Under the pieces are notes generated by a model, which was not told where the DNA came from, did no database searches, and saw only the letters and a program-made list of their open reading frames with translations. Both the position numbers and the translations under genes were made by a program. Below are positions 11,367 through 24,834 of a DNA stretch of 64,000 bases, in pieces. This DNA is from Xylographa opegraphella (taxonomy: Eukaryota): the NCBI GenBank assembly GCA_022813865.1, contig JALDZX010000006.1, positions 434,001-498,000 on the forward strand. Reading direction: 5' to 3'. The first letter of the stretch is position 1. Each line of letters begins with the position of its first letter.

Positions 11367-12862
11367 GATAAAAGCGCCTTGGGAGTGTCGTAATATATAC
11401 AAAGCAGTGGGATACAGCAGTTATGTCAGAATCGCAGCCATTGATACTGATACGATAGACTTGGCGGAGGCTCTGCCCCTCTAATGTCACCAGCTAACCA
11501 GAGTAAGTTAGGGGCCCCCCCGCCCGAAGATTGTTGTCGAGGTCACGCCAGCCGGCTAGAATAAAACAAGTTAGAACGAAAAAGCTTTTCTCCCCTCCTT
11601 GTCTTCCGCGCACCGAGAACGAAGGCCGCTTCCCGACTCCCGAGGCGTGGCTGCAGCAAACCCGCTCACGCCGCCATGCTTCTCGCCCTCCCCCAGTCCC
11701 ACGGTCGGCCTGCATGCATGCAAAGCAAAGGTGGGGAAACCCGACCATGGTCAGAAAACCAGAAAACATTGCATCGCACTCATCGCCACGACAACTCTGT
11801 CAGTTCTGGGTTGGTGGATCAGACGTACTCACATCTGAAGGACGTGTCTCGTACTCCGTATAATAGGATCTCTATTTGTAATTGGTGAAATCATCCATCT
11901 CTGAAACTCGTCCCAGCGCAGTCAAACCGCCCAAGGACCACCGGCCAAAAAGAGTAATAATTGGTACCTGGTGCCGGCCACCTATGGCAGTAGGGATTTA
12001 GTTCATTGGTCCATACTTCCTTCGCCTTCTCCTGATCCAGATACCCAGCCATTCTCCCCCTCGCCTCTGTTGACACCGTCCCGAGATTCTTGCACACTTG
12101 TCATTTTTGCACGATATTCCTAGAGAGAAATATACTATATAGTACGCTGTCATTGCTGCCTCGGGCATGTGTGATTACCCGCCGACCAACAACATTGTTC
12201 AGTACCCAGCCGCGTCTCGTATTCTCGTCGGCTCGCCGGCAAGCTGCCTAGTGAAGGAGTAACTCAGTAGTGTTTCTAATTCGGGTCTACGGCTGTCCAA
12301 GGGTCCGGTCAGAGATTCTCCAAGCAACATTTCAACCCACAACGACAAACGACAACCAGCTCCTATTCCTCGTCACCACCCATTGTAACGCTCGCCATCA
12401 CCCTCTTTGCCGGCCGCGAGGAAAGTCAGGACTTTCCATCCCGCCAGCCGCGTCTTGTGCACCCGAGGCCACGTTCCGAAGGCCCACGAGCGACACCAGC
12501 TTTCACTGCATAGCCTCGACCGTGTCACCATCCACGGCGTATATACTCAGCCAGACACCGTACACAGCATACAACACGGTGTTGAGCCTAGTTGCGGACT
12601 GGCCAGCTGTGGGAGGCTGCGAGCCCTGCCTTCAATGCTTCGATAACCTTCCTTCCGACTCGGATAGTCATTCCACTTCAAGAACACTACTTCTCGACTT
12701 CTGCTTGCAAATCCTGCAACATCGTCCACCTTACAAGCAACAGCACATTACTGCGCTCGGCTCACGCCTCAACTCGAAGCAAGGAGCGAGAAGGCTTACG
12801 TCCTCTACGATCCTCTTCGCCTTACCTCCCTCACTGCCCTGATCAACTTTCCAACTACCTTT

Positions 12863-15800
12863 ATGCCGATCAAGCTGCCTAAAGGCTTCGCTCGTCGAAA
12901 ATCTTCAGCCAATGCCTTGGAAGAGGTGCCAAATCCGCCGCAGCCGTCCTTTCGTGTGTTCGAGCGGCCCGAATATGGCAGCAAATCGTTCGATGGAGGC
13001 AATAACCTGAAGCGGATAAGTGTGGGGAGGCCGCTCAGCGATGGTCACTTTGTGGAGAAGATATCAGCGGTCAAAGGGCGACCAAGTCCCACGCCGACGT
13101 CCAGCAATCGGTAAATCTGCTGTACAGGCGACTGGTGATAAAACGGCTGCTAATTCATGCAGGGGTAGTGGGGGTACGCAGAAATCATCCTCCAGCGGGG
13201 GACTGTACGACGCCTCGTCGTCCTCCGCACGCTTCAGTTCCTCGTCCACCCTACCATCGACCTCATCCGTTGAAAATCATACCGATGACTCCGTCCACGC
13301 GCATCCGAAGCCGTTGCCCGCCCTGCCAATACCTCCGATCCCAGCTGCCCACCCAGGATTTTTCCGACAAGCAGGCCGTACATTCTCCTTGGGAAAGAAA
13401 GCTACTCAGACAGCTCATCCGGCACCGGTGGCACAAGCAGCACAAGCAACGCAGGACTTTCCGAAACAGGAAGAAATGTTCTCCACGCCCCAGCATCGCA
13501 TTGCCTCCGCAGATGTATCAGAAATCCCCCACCTTTCCAGACAGCGTGCGATGACCGAGACCAGCGGAAGTACCGCAACTCCTCCAAAGCTGTTGGACAC
13601 AGATCTGGACTTTGGGCATTTGGATGATCCCGACGATTTTGGAAATATGTTTGAAGGCTTTGAGAGTAACCGAAGGAGGTTTTCCCGGAGCCCTGAGAAC
13701 CTAGACTTGCCGAAACATGTAAGTGGTTTTCTCCGTCCGCCAGCGAAGCGTGTTAACGTGTTGCTGGCAGACCCAAAATGGGCGGCCGAACCCTGTGCTC
13801 GCAGCAAATCCGTACCTAACCAACCGATCCCCTTACACGCCCTCGCCGCCGTTGGATATTGACCAGTCCCGTCCCATTCTAGCATCACCTTATTCGAACT
13901 ACAGCCAGACATCTCAAGATGGCCTGATGATTTCTAGTCCAAAGGAGGAACAGGGACTCTTTGATGACGAAAATGGCTTTCCTATCAAGAGCCGTCAAAA
14001 TTATACAATGCGGAAGAATGCAGATTCGCCGACCAGGGAGCATCCAAATATCACTCTAAGGAGAAATAGTGCGTACAATTCCCACAGAGTATCAACTCCG
14101 TTTGAAGACACCGATGCTTTGCTTGTCATGGATTCGATCAACGCTAGTCGCAGCATGAGCAAGCCTTATGAGGACAGTCCGCGTCAATCGCTCGATCGTG
14201 TCGGTGGAGATCCCGCACCAGATCCTATCAAAAGAGATCCAAAGTTGCCCCGCAAACCTGTCTCACAGCGCAACTCGCAACGACCCACAACGACACCTGC
14301 TCAGCAGAGCACGAGTGCGGAGACTTCGGCTCAGCCACCATTGGACGCTTCGGCGGCCTTGCAGGCACGAGGGAAAGAGCCTATCGTTGAAGATGCTTTG
14401 CTCTACGATCCATCGTTCCGGGAGTTGGCTAAATCAGCAGACCGATATCAATCAGGTAGATCGTCACCGCCTAGGAAACCGCCGAGTAAGGTGATGACTC
14501 CGGCACAATTTGAGCGGTATCGTAAAGAACACGAGCTATCGCGGACGAAAAGTGATGCTTCCAAAAGTGACGCTTCCGAAGACGCTGAGAACTACGACGA
14601 GGACGACGAAGAGAGAAATCGACAGCTTGTCAAGCAGAGGCGAAAACAAGAGGCACATCTATCCGTGTACAGGCAGCAGATGATGAAGGTGACTGGGGAG
14701 CGCTCTTCTACGGCACCCGGCTCAATGAATCACCGGCCAGGACTTGAGACACCCAGCCGGAGTGCCCCGAACTTGTCGGCACGGATGTCGTCAATGAGCT
14801 TGGCCGTCGACAAGCCGGGCGTAAGTGGCAAGAGCAGCGATGACGAGGATGAAGATATACCACTTGGAATCCTTGCCGCACATGGCTTTCCATCTCGAGA
14901 GAAGCCACCGACGCAGCTAGGAGCAAACACTATCCGATACGCCAGCGAGACGTATCCACCACCTCCTGCCTCTGTGGCTGGGGGGTCGGTAGCTGGCGGG
15001 ACGTCCCGCGGAGGCCTCCCTCCGTTTGCTCGGAACCTCCCGAAAGATCCTTACTACGGCGCCAGTATCGTCAACCCGTCGAACCGAGAATCCCTCGCCT
15101 TTGGCAACTCCGGTGCCAGCTCGGTGTATGGTGGACCGCAGCGGAACATACATCCAGGCGGCCTCGTCGGTGTCATAGCGACCGAGGAGCGAGAACGCGC
15201 GATGCGCCGCGGCAGCCCCAACGGCCAAGGTGGATTCGGGCTTCCCGGAAGCGGTCTTCCCCTCCCACCCAGCATGGCACCTCCCGGAATGCTCACGCCT
15301 GGAGACGAAGCGCAGATGCAGATGTCGGCGCAGATGAACCAGATGATGCAGATGCAGATGCAGTTCATGCAGCAGATGATGGCCATGCAAGGCCTACAAC
15401 CGGGGCAGATGCCGCCGCAGGTCCTCCCGCCAGGACCCCCGGCTCCGTATACAACACAGCCGGGCTTTCTCGCCCCTCCGACCCTCCAGGTGCCTCGGAC
15501 CCACACCCAACGCCCCTTCTCCGTCGACGCGCACTCGACGCCCAACAGCCCCATCGCTCCCCAGCAGCAGCAACAGCAGCGCGCAATGAGCATGCTGAGC
15601 CCCAACCTCGGCGGCCCATGGCCCCAGCCTGGCAGCCGCACCTCCGTCGCGCTCGCAAACGCCTACGCCCCGTCCATTGCGCCCTCGGAGCGCAGCACCG
15701 TCGGCCAGCCGGCTCGCTACCGCCCCGTCAGCATCGCGCCCATCGACGAGCTCGCGCCCCTGGCGTCCCGCGCGTCCACCATGTCCGGCGGCGCCCCGCC

Positions 15801-15981
15801 AGGGCTGAAGCAGAGTACCGTCCGCGCGGTGAATAAGGCGGGCAGCGACGACGACGACGAGATCGGCTGGGAAGAGATGCGAAGGTCGAAGGAGCGGAAG
15901 ATGGGGGCGCGGAGGGGGAGGAAGCGTGGGGGGGAGGGGATGGGGGGTGGGCTGGGGGAGTTGTTTTATCCGGGGACGTGA
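12863..15981 (+). CDS. Conserved fungal hypothetical, low-complexity Pro/Ser/Gln-rich protein (3 exons)
   Basis: MPIKLPKGFARRKSS N-terminus, KVMTPAQFERYRK, RRKQEAHLSVYRQQMMKVTG and DIPLGILAAHGFP. Introns ~13111-13161 and ~13719-13771 link the three ORFs. Confidence 0.85.
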
Positions 15982-17161
15982 GGATGGGGAAAGGGGTGGG
16001 TGGTGGTATGATTGGTGAGTGGGGTTGAGAGCGTTCGTCGAGCGTTGTGAACGGTGCGGGGTGATGTGAATGGGTTGTGCACAGGAGACTGCTGTGTGGG
16101 AGACCGGTGCGGTGTGGGTTGTAAGAGCGGTACGGGAGTGAAGAATGGAAGGAAGCAGAACACAGCAAACAGAAACAAAGAAATGGGAAATGTCCCCTGC
16201 GGCGGGCATCTAATCACGGGCTTCGTGTTGTTTTTGTTGTTTTTTTTGGATAGAGGCACGGCATATAGAAGTTGTGGTAACGCAGAAGTGGAGGTGGAGG
16301 TGGAGACGGAGACGGAGAAGTGGAGGGGAGGGGGAGGGGGAGGGAAGCATATCATTTACAACAGCCCGATACAGTCCGATACAGTACGGTATAGTACGAG
16401 CCCGGCATGCCCGACGTTGGTGCGGGTGGGGGACGGATATCTTTGTAGGTCGTGTGTTTTTGTACATGGGTCGCGATGTGGAGAGGGGGAAGGGGGGGGG
16501 GTTTGTTGTATATGGATATGTGGATATATGGAGACATGGAGATATGGATCTTGATTGTTTGTGTGGATGTGTATATATATGCTGCTAGCTATCCATCCAT
16601 CCATCCACCCAGCTGAATATGATCCGTATATAAAATACGCTGCCTCTACGATCTCTGCCGCTATTCTGCCGCCGTTCTCCTGGCTTTGATTGCCGTGTAT
16701 GCATTTCACATACATACATACATACACTAGACTTTATCATCCATCCACCCAAGCAGCCGCCTCTCATCGCCCCCCGCCCCCCTTATCCGCTGCATGCACT
16801 ATTGCCATCCATCTATCTATCAAATCCACCCCTGCCTCCGCCCCTCTCCGCCCCTCCTTTTCTCGGTCTCGGTCTCGATACAAGCGCCAAAGGGCAAAAA
16901 GGCGACGAATGAAGAGAGAAAAGAAGGAAGAATGAAGATACAGAAGAAGAAGAGGAGGAAGAAAATATAAAAACACGGCATAATCTGCACATCAAGTTCA
17001 AGCTTCCAAGGGGAAAAAAGGGGGTGGGGGTGGGGGACAAGGGAAAGGCGTAGTTTACGAAACGACATCACTGGCCTCGGCTTTTCTGGACCAGGGGTTT
17101 TGCCATAGGTCGAGTGATCGATATTTTCTGTCTGTCTATCTTACTACCTATCTACTCCCTC

Positions 17162-17251
17162 CCTCGCCCGCCCCCTTCTCCTCGCCCGCCCCCTTCTCCT
17201 CGCCCGCCCCCTTCTCCTCGCCCGCCCCCTTCTCCTCGCCCGCCCCCTTCT
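17162..17251. repeat. 18-bp minisatellite (cctcgcccgcccccttct)x5
   Basis: Five exact tandem copies read directly. Confidence 0.97.
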
Positions 17252-17971
17252 CCTCCAATCCCCACCACCCAGCCTCCCCCCCCGATCCGAGAGTCCGGGA
17301 GATCAGTGAGACAAATTCCACAGACCCCCTCCACTCAGCGATTCCCCCCCCCACCTCCGTCACAAGTGCCACGAGTGCCACCTCTCAGGCACAGGGCGGA
17401 AGCGGGCAGCTCTTGATGGCCAGCCTGAGCCTGAGCCCGGCGAGGCGAGGTGAACGTGAACAGCACGGACGGATGGAGAAACGAGCGCGGCATCCCGGCG
17501 TTGGCCTCCCGGATGCGGCCATGCGCAACGAGCGGACAGAGCCCTTGGCGGGGAGGAAAAACGTAGTCGCCAAGCACCTCATTCCGCTCCGCGCCGCGCC
17601 GCTGACCAACAACCATTGGAGAGCCCGGCGTACCTGCGATCGCGAAGCCAGACGGGGTCGATGCGAGCGGCTGGAGGAAACTAGGTCCCTGACCTGACCT
17701 TACCTTACGGCGAGTGGTAGGTGCAGAGGCAGAGGCAGAGCAGACGAATGGATGGATGGATGGTGTCGACAGTAGTCCCATAGGCTCAAGGAGGGCGTGG
17801 TGCCCTCGCTCTCTCAAGCCAAGCAGAAAAGGCACGGACGACCGCAAGCGGCGATGGGCCCTTCCAGCGGCTCGATCACCGTTAGGAACACCTTAACTCG
17901 CTCCCGCAAGCGTTGGCGGTGCGCGGTAGAGGCGCGCAGGCAGGATGTTACCTTAGGTAAGAGGTACACTC

Positions 17972-17991
17972 GGTAAGGTAAGGTAAGGTAA
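17972..17991. repeat. (GGTAA)4 microsatellite next to inverted repeat TTACCT-T-AGGTAA (17948-17960)
   Basis: Read directly. Confidence 0.9.
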
Positions 17992-18849
17992 CTGTAAGCT
18001 TTGATCACGCCCACCAGGAGGCAGGGCCGGGGCACACGCTTGCCCATGAAGAGCCCTCACACCACCACCACGTCATGGTCACGCCACCCGCCGGGTGAGG
18101 CCGCACCGCTAGCGGGCATCGTCGGGTCATCGGCCAATCGGCCAGTCAGCCAGCCCTGGCTTCCTTTCCCACTTCCAGAAGCCTTTCTTTCGTCGTCTCG
18201 ATGGTGGACCCTTTAGGCATCGGCGTGTGTGTGCCCCCGTCATCGGGAAAGAGGCGCATCGAGGGAAGCCTGAACAAGCTTCGGGTCGACTTCCAAGGCA
18301 CGCAGGCGACGCTGGACTCACGCTAGGCTACGTGCCTGTCTCAGAAAAGTGCCGGCAATCGCAAAAGGACGAAAGCGGGCTGGGAAAGGATGTGTGGAGC
18401 CTGGGAGGGCTGAGGGGAGATCCAGGTGCAGAGGACGGACATGCGAAGGCTGGAGGCCTGCCGCACGAGTGTGGGAATACGGTGTGGCCGGCCTGCACGC
18501 GACTTCTCTGCGCCCCCATGCCATGTGCAGCATGGGGAGCGCCTGCACTTCTCTGAGCATTGCGCGCCTCTAATGTCGCACGGAGCCTCTGAACGTGTCC
18601 GCTTTGAGTATGTGTGCATTGTATGTACCTCACTCCAAATCTTGCCAGCCTCGTGCGGGAGTGCTTCGTGCCTGGCGTTAGCAGCCACCAAGATACAGCA
18701 AGCCCGGACGCCGACGCATATGTAGTGCTCACAAGGCCGTGCTGTTCCCCAAGTATTCGGGCGTCGAAGGACCGTAGGATCCCGTCCCGAGGGCTCATGT
18801 GTATCTTCGAAGGTGAGTCCCGAGTTCACGGCAGCACTCGATCCGGCCT

Positions 18850-21102
18850 TCACGGAGGCCGATGCGTATCCCGGTCGATCATCCTGCCCGCGAGAGCCAG
18901 GACCGACAGCCCATCCATGGGCGGAGACTGGTGAGAGCCCACCACGTCCCCATCCGGGTACAGGGTGAACTTTTGCTCCAGGCTTGGGGCCAGGTACCGT
19001 TGTTCGTGCTCCGACGGTGATTGCTGCCACCCTCGCCCGGCCGGATTCCGATCGAGCCTCGATAGCAACGGCGTCCGTTCGTGTGGGCTCGCGGGCTTTG
19101 GCGTCCTCTGTCGATGCTCTTTCCGCTCGTACCGCGGTGCCGGAGCGGTGCCGGCGAGCGACAGCTTCATGAGCGAACGCCTCTCGGCCGGGATATCTGG
19201 ATGAGGGCCGCGTTCATCAGTGGCAGGCTCCCCGGACGAATGATAGGAACAGCGCTCGTTGTACGAGGGGTGTTTCCAAGTGAAACAATCATTGTTCGAG
19301 CACCTACCTAAGACCGATGACGAGTCGTACCCGTTCGACAATGTGGGACTCGAGAGGTGTGCTTGCGAAGCCGATGAGGCTGACGGCGGGACCGCTGGAG
19401 GCCGATCTTTGCCTCGACCGCTACTGATCGTGAATCCGCCGGAAGCAACGGAGGATAATGGAGGCAACGCTCGTTGCGATCTCGACTTGTCGATGGGGGA
19501 AATCGGCGAGTATACGTTCGAAGCAGCAGTACCGACACCGCTGCTCGAATGGTTGGACGACCGCTTGGAAGATGAGATGGATGATCTCGGATCGTTGCCC
19601 AATAGGGACGGCGGCCGGTGATTGGATCGTCGTGGATGGACGTACTTCACCTCGGGACTTCGAAGCAAGGACGTGTCGGTCATGAGCGGCGGGAGTCTTC
19701 CTCCGCTCGTTGCAGTTTCTTGGTCATCGAGGGGCAGGATCCGGGGCAGTGGCGAAGTCATGGATGTGTCCGGCGTCCAATTTGACGTTCCGTCTACCGC
19801 AGCCGGCGTCGGAAGTCCTACCAAGCGGTTTCCGCCGCAACTCGAACGTGGCGAGAATGTCGTGGGCGACAATGACGCGGAAGATGTTGATATCGTGGTG
19901 GATGCGAGTGGTGGTGGCATAACGAGAACAGGGGATGATGTTCTCGACCGAGCACGGTCCAGTCTCCGGCAATGCGGTTCTACCGGTATACCTGCACTGC
20001 CGTGTCGGCTGACGGCGCTTTCACTGCTTTCGGTGCTATCATGCGTATTAACCTTTGGGCGTTTCGTACCTGAGGAGCCAAGCGTTAGTTCTTGAAATCC
20101 GATCAGGCAGGCTGAATGTCATATTGGATTCCCTACTTGTGCTCGGGTCGGCATTCTTAGCTTTGAAATCGACCAGATACTCAAGATAGTCCTTGTAGCT
20201 GTTTGTCCTTCTGTACTTTGCCAGCTCAGTGTTGTATGTCTCTTTTAGCGAGCTTGCTTGGGACTCGAACGGCTGCTTTTGTCCGGCCGCGAGCGCTTGC
20301 CAGCGTTCTCCCACAAGCTTTGCAATTGAGGTGAACGATAGATTCTGCGGCTTCAGTTCTTCTCGACATTCTGGATTTGGAGTCAGCGTCCGGCCGAAGG
20401 ATCTCGTCCCCAGTGGCTTACTGTTAGAGAAAATGACGTATGCAGAAGGTGGTCTCTCCGGCGCATTGTCGTCCGGCTACATTGATCCAAATCATGTCAG
20501 TGATCATGTCGTATGAATTGATTCTCAAAACAGCACACATCGTTCCGCGGCACCCTCGTGGAGGGTGCTAGATATTGGGAGCGGCGTGAAGCACACACAC
20601 CTTCGGATGTCGTCGATACTTCCGCTTTCCAATCCGCCCACCGCCTCGTCTTGTGTCATGCTTGTCCCCGACGCCATCGTTGTCCCCATCTCCACGTTGG
20701 TGGTCGTCAGTTGAGCTCGTTCGTATTGGCGACGGCACGATTTGGTCCAAGCTAACGCCACGAGCATTGGCAATCTCTCGCTGCAGTTTCTGTAGCGCCC
20801 AATATATTAGCATGGTGTTCTGCCATGGCGACTGATGAAGCTCAAGTAGAGAACACGCAGGAAATGTTTCGGGCAAATGTGGAAAGGGCGAGGAGGACGG
20901 ACCCTGCGATGTCCTAGCTTTACGTTCAACAAGTCCCTGGATTGAAGGTTAGTAAGCCTGATGGTGCGCTCATCGGGCGTTCTCACAAATCAGACTCCGC
21001 AATATCAAGTACCGTCTCCCAGTTCTCGAACCCCTCGTCAATGAATCGAGAGGTGTACTGGGAAAGTCCCAGTCTCGCGAGCACAAGCCCGATTCCAGTC
21101 AT
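18850..21102 (-). CDS. SAM-domain + HMG-box transcription factor (multi-exon)
   Basis: SAM-like MTGIGLVLARLGLSQYTSRFIDEGFENWETVLDIAESDL-DLLNVKLGHRRKLQREIA. HMG box GKRKYRRHPK-PDDNAPERPPSAYVIFSN...VGERWQ...Y...LAKY. Ser/Pro-rich tail ending DGLSVLALAGRMIDRDTHRPP*. Confidence 0.88.
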
Positions 21103-24098
21103 ACAACCGATGACGGAGTACTCAGTACTCCACAAATCCCCCGAGAGGGCTTCGATTCTGTAGAGAGAGTCCAACGGCAAGATCTGTGGAGTGAAACTGT
21201 TCTGCGTCCCATACAACGATATAACTCGGCCAGCTGCATACAGTATATCCTTACTTGAGGCCTTGCTCTCTTTCCTCTAGGCCAGTCTCTCTCCAACAAG
21301 TAATGGGCGCGGCTTGAAGGGATGGACGGCGAGCGTCGAGGCGCGAGATGGGACGTATGTGTCAAACGACGAAGGGGGTCTCCTTCGGCTCCGGTGATGT
21401 GTTTCCTGGCAGATGTCGTCCGCGATCCTGCATGTGGCTTGCTAGCTCGGGGTGAGACCGCGCCTGACGCTAGAAGATTGGTGAAGCGGCGAGATGTGGA
21501 GAATACGACGCACGAGTTGCTCGGGGTCGAAGCGGCCTCTTTCACACAGCTCCAGCTCTCCCGGTGGGTGATAACAGTCTAACCGTTCATCTGCAGGCAA
21601 TGTACTCGCGCCGCGATGATCTCTCAACAACGGTCTCTGTTGGGTGTCACACTGGTAGACTGCTGTGACATTAGCTGAGCAGTGACAAGACGATCGATAG
21701 GCAGCAGGAGCGGTGGGAGAAGGAGAAAGCAGGAGCAGTAGCAGCAGTTAGCAGCAGGAGCGGCAGTCAGGTAGCAGCGACAGTAACAACAGATGACACT
21801 CTTTGGCTGAGAGCAATTCAAATGCAGGGAAAGGTAAGTTCGGCTAAGTGGACTCGCATGCCAAACCGGAGAATGGAGGTCTTTGAGACCTGAATCTGGG
21901 ATCGATCAATGGCAGGGCATCGTGGAACGGGACGCGAGTGTCCAGGGATCCGAATGTTGCTAGCGTGGATGTCATGTGGGCGTTGGAGAACAAACGACGG
22001 TGCAGGGGCACATGGGTCCAATCCCTAGCCGGCTCTCGGAGGGGGGGAGGGAGGGGCCAAGCCATGGGTGCGAAAACGAACACGCGGAGAGCGGAGCGCG
22101 GATGAGGGAGGAGAAGGAGGAGGAGGAGCGGGAGGTGCAGGGAAAGAATGAGGAAAGGCCGGGGCGGGGCCAAACATACCAGTGCGTGCTCTGATGCCGG
22201 ACCCAGGATCCAGGATGGGAGCAGTGAAGCCATCGAAAGATGTTTGCAGCCCCGTCGTGATATCCGAGGATGAGGGTACCTCGTTTCGTAGTGCAGCCAG
22301 CAGCGAAGGACGGGCCGCCGGAGGTGAAAGAGGTAGGCAGCTAGGCTGACGAGGAAGGGGATGAGGAACTGCGGCGGTGGTGGCCACCTTAGGGTTTCGG
22401 CAGGCCTCGTACCACGAACGGGGTGGCGTTGCCCGGGTGGGACACCGGGCGAAGGCAGAGGCATCAATCCGATTCCACGATCTCCGCGATCGATTATAGT
22501 TGGGGGTCGGGTCATGCAATTTGTCCTGCGATGGGAGACTTGCGGGGACCATTGGGGATTGTCGAGCGAGGACGATGGAAACATGCATGACTGCCATCGT
22601 CCATGATGCTTCGTGATGTTCCAATGATCCTCCATGATGACCCTGAGCATGGATTGATTGAGGGATCCCGCCGCAGGGCGCTGTGGCTGCATCACTTGCT
22701 TCGGGGGCATGGACAATCGACGTGGAAGATGCATATCGAGAAAAACGTCGTTTACCTAGCGGGGCTCATGAAGTTCTGTAAGCTAAGGTATGCTCAGGGG
22801 CAGCGGATGCTGAGACGGGCCAAGAGCTTGGCATACCCCCGCCGGCGTCCCGGACGTCGATTAAGGTCGATGCAGGACGCTTTCCTCGATGGCGCCAACG
22901 CTGCGCCCCCACCCTCGTCCTTGGGCGCCAACGTCATGTCGTCCCTCATAGGCTGCTGAGACCTCCTCTCACCGCACGCTTGAGGCTGCCATCGTCGATG
23001 CGGTTGACATCAACAGGAAAGGCGAGTAGAGGGAGGGAGGAGGGGATCGCATAGCCTCTGCTTTTCCCCTTCCCTCGGGGCCTCTTCCCGCCCCCCTCTC
23101 TCCCCTCTCTTCCCATTATCACCCCCAATATCTAAGGTGGGTAAAGGTAGGTAGGGCCTCACGCGTGCAGATTTGGTCGTTATCACTTTCCTCAACGGCC
23201 TCCCCGTCGATGCCCTCCTGTTCTGCATCACTTCCCTTTCTTCCCCGACCTCCAAAGCCAGAAGCCGCGATCCTCCCTTCTGGCCCCATCGTGCATGATC
23301 ATGCGCCTAAACGATGAAGCCAGCTACGGAGTACCGTGGTTGCAGTACCAGGAAGCAGGACATAAAGGTAGCACTAGGTAGTCCTAGGTAGCTGCAGCGC
23401 ATGTTTGAAAAGTGAACGTCCTGCATCCCGACAAAAAGGCCTGTAGTGTTTCTCGCGCTCTGATGTCCCATCGTTGTGGCCAACAGTCCCATGGCCCGGC
23501 CTCAGATCTACCATACTTCCCATTATTCTCGCTCCTTTCCCCTTCCCGTTTCCACCCATCGGAAACATGCTGCGCCCTCAGCCGGGATCCCGCGGCCGCA
23601 GCCGGCGCCGTAGGGACAGCTCCCATTACGACTTTCACACAAGCCCTGCTCGGGCCCCTGGGGGGCCGGTTGACGACTTTCCAGTTCTCCTGTCGCGGTG
23701 GTGGTGCAAAGCAACGATCCAGCCCATCGGTATCCGCGGCCGAGGACGATCTCTCCCGATTCCGCATGTCGTCCTCTATGTGGGGGCCATCGCCGCTGAG
23801 CCGACTGACCTTGCATGTGAGTCGCGTGTGACACGATCAAAACGAGATACTACTAGGTAAGGTAGGTAGCTACCACCAGGTACGTTTTTGTAGTTGCTGA
23901 ATAATACCAAGTACCATCATACCAGTACCTTAGTTTGCCTTCGACTGCCTACCTTACTTTACCCTACCAGCCTACCTACCTTAGAACTACGCCAATCTTG
24001 ATCGCTTCGAGCACGCTCGCCTCGTCGATCCAGCCACCAAAACATCGATATCTCTCTCCCGCATCAGCCCTCCATCGTGATCCGAGCACAGCAAAGGC

Positions 24099-24566
24099 AT
24101 GGACGATTCGTCGCACAAGATGACGGGCGGCGGCAGCGATCCCGACTTTGCGCAGGTGAGCAATTTCGGGGCCACTTCCATGCTCCCCGTCGCACGACCT
24201 TCCTTTCCATCGACGAACGACTGACCAGAAATCCCAACCGCCCGCAGGCCTTTAAGGATCTGACCAGGTGAGATTTCCCGACTCTCCGTCCGTGGCGTTG
24301 AAACGACATCGGCAACCCTTCCACCCACTTGCGCCGCCGATCATGGCGTTCGAGGCCTGCCTGCGACCTTTTTGTTGGGTCACTGCCGTGCAACGGAGAG
24401 CTAAAGCCAGCTGATCGTCGTTGCTACCAGGGGCGAACAGACGGCCTCCGCCATGGAGAACAAATTATCGGACTTGGAGCAGCGTATCGACGATCTGCTC
24501 GCCAGTATCGATAAACGAAGCGGGGACTCCGACAACGGTGCGGTCGAGAACAAGAAGCAAGACTAA
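24099..24566 (+). CDS. 70-aa coiled-coil microprotein, 3 exons (24099-24155, 24248-24267, 24431-24566)
   Basis: Both introns are GTGAG...CAG with CTGAC/CTGAT branch sites. The spliced frame gives MDDSSHKMTGGGSDPDFAQAFKDLTRGEQTASAMENKLSDLEQRIDDLLASIDKRSGDSDNGAVENKKQD*. Confidence 0.8.
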
Positions 24567-24834
24567 GGTAGCTCATCATCTACATGGCGTCTGAGTCACA
24601 ACGCACGGCGGTCTCTCATGCCTTCCAGATGGATCTCATCTCGGTGTCCTGTTACATGCTCTCGGGGCCCGACTGGACAGCCCGGCGTCGAGATTGCTAC
24701 CAGCTTCATGTTCTACGAATGTAGGATGCTACGAATGCAGGAGAGGTCGCACTGCACGACTCCTCAACGATGCGAGTGTTGTGTGATTTTGGTCGAGCGG
24801 TGTCGCCGAAGGGCTGGGAAGTGATCCTGGAGTG

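Noticed and set aside
10585..11490. Long alternative-frame and antisense ORFs over the M20 peptidase (and similar ones over BUD23, RIB4, SVP26, BEM3)
   Set aside because: Shadow ORFs caused by high GC3 in genuine genes.
11891..12097. Short minus ORF (MAGYLDQEKAKEVWTNELNPYCHRW...)
   Set aside because: No recognisable family or supporting exon structure.
12270..12842. 190-aa plus ORF upstream of 12863
   Set aside because: Non-ATG start and no domain. Looks like the 5' UTR/promoter of the downstream gene.
15966..18850. Numerous ORFs in the convergent intergenic region
   Set aside because: Low-complexity translations of simple repeats and G/C tracts, with no coherent gene model.
18850..21102. 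HMG gene as MAT1-2-1 / mating-type locus
   Set aside because: The SAM+HMG architecture differs from MAT HMG proteins, and APN2/SLA2 flanks are absent.
21844..22734. 296-aa minus ORF
   Set aside because: Pro/Leu/Arg-rich, overlapping equally long ORFs in other frames. Typical of GC-rich non-coding leader.
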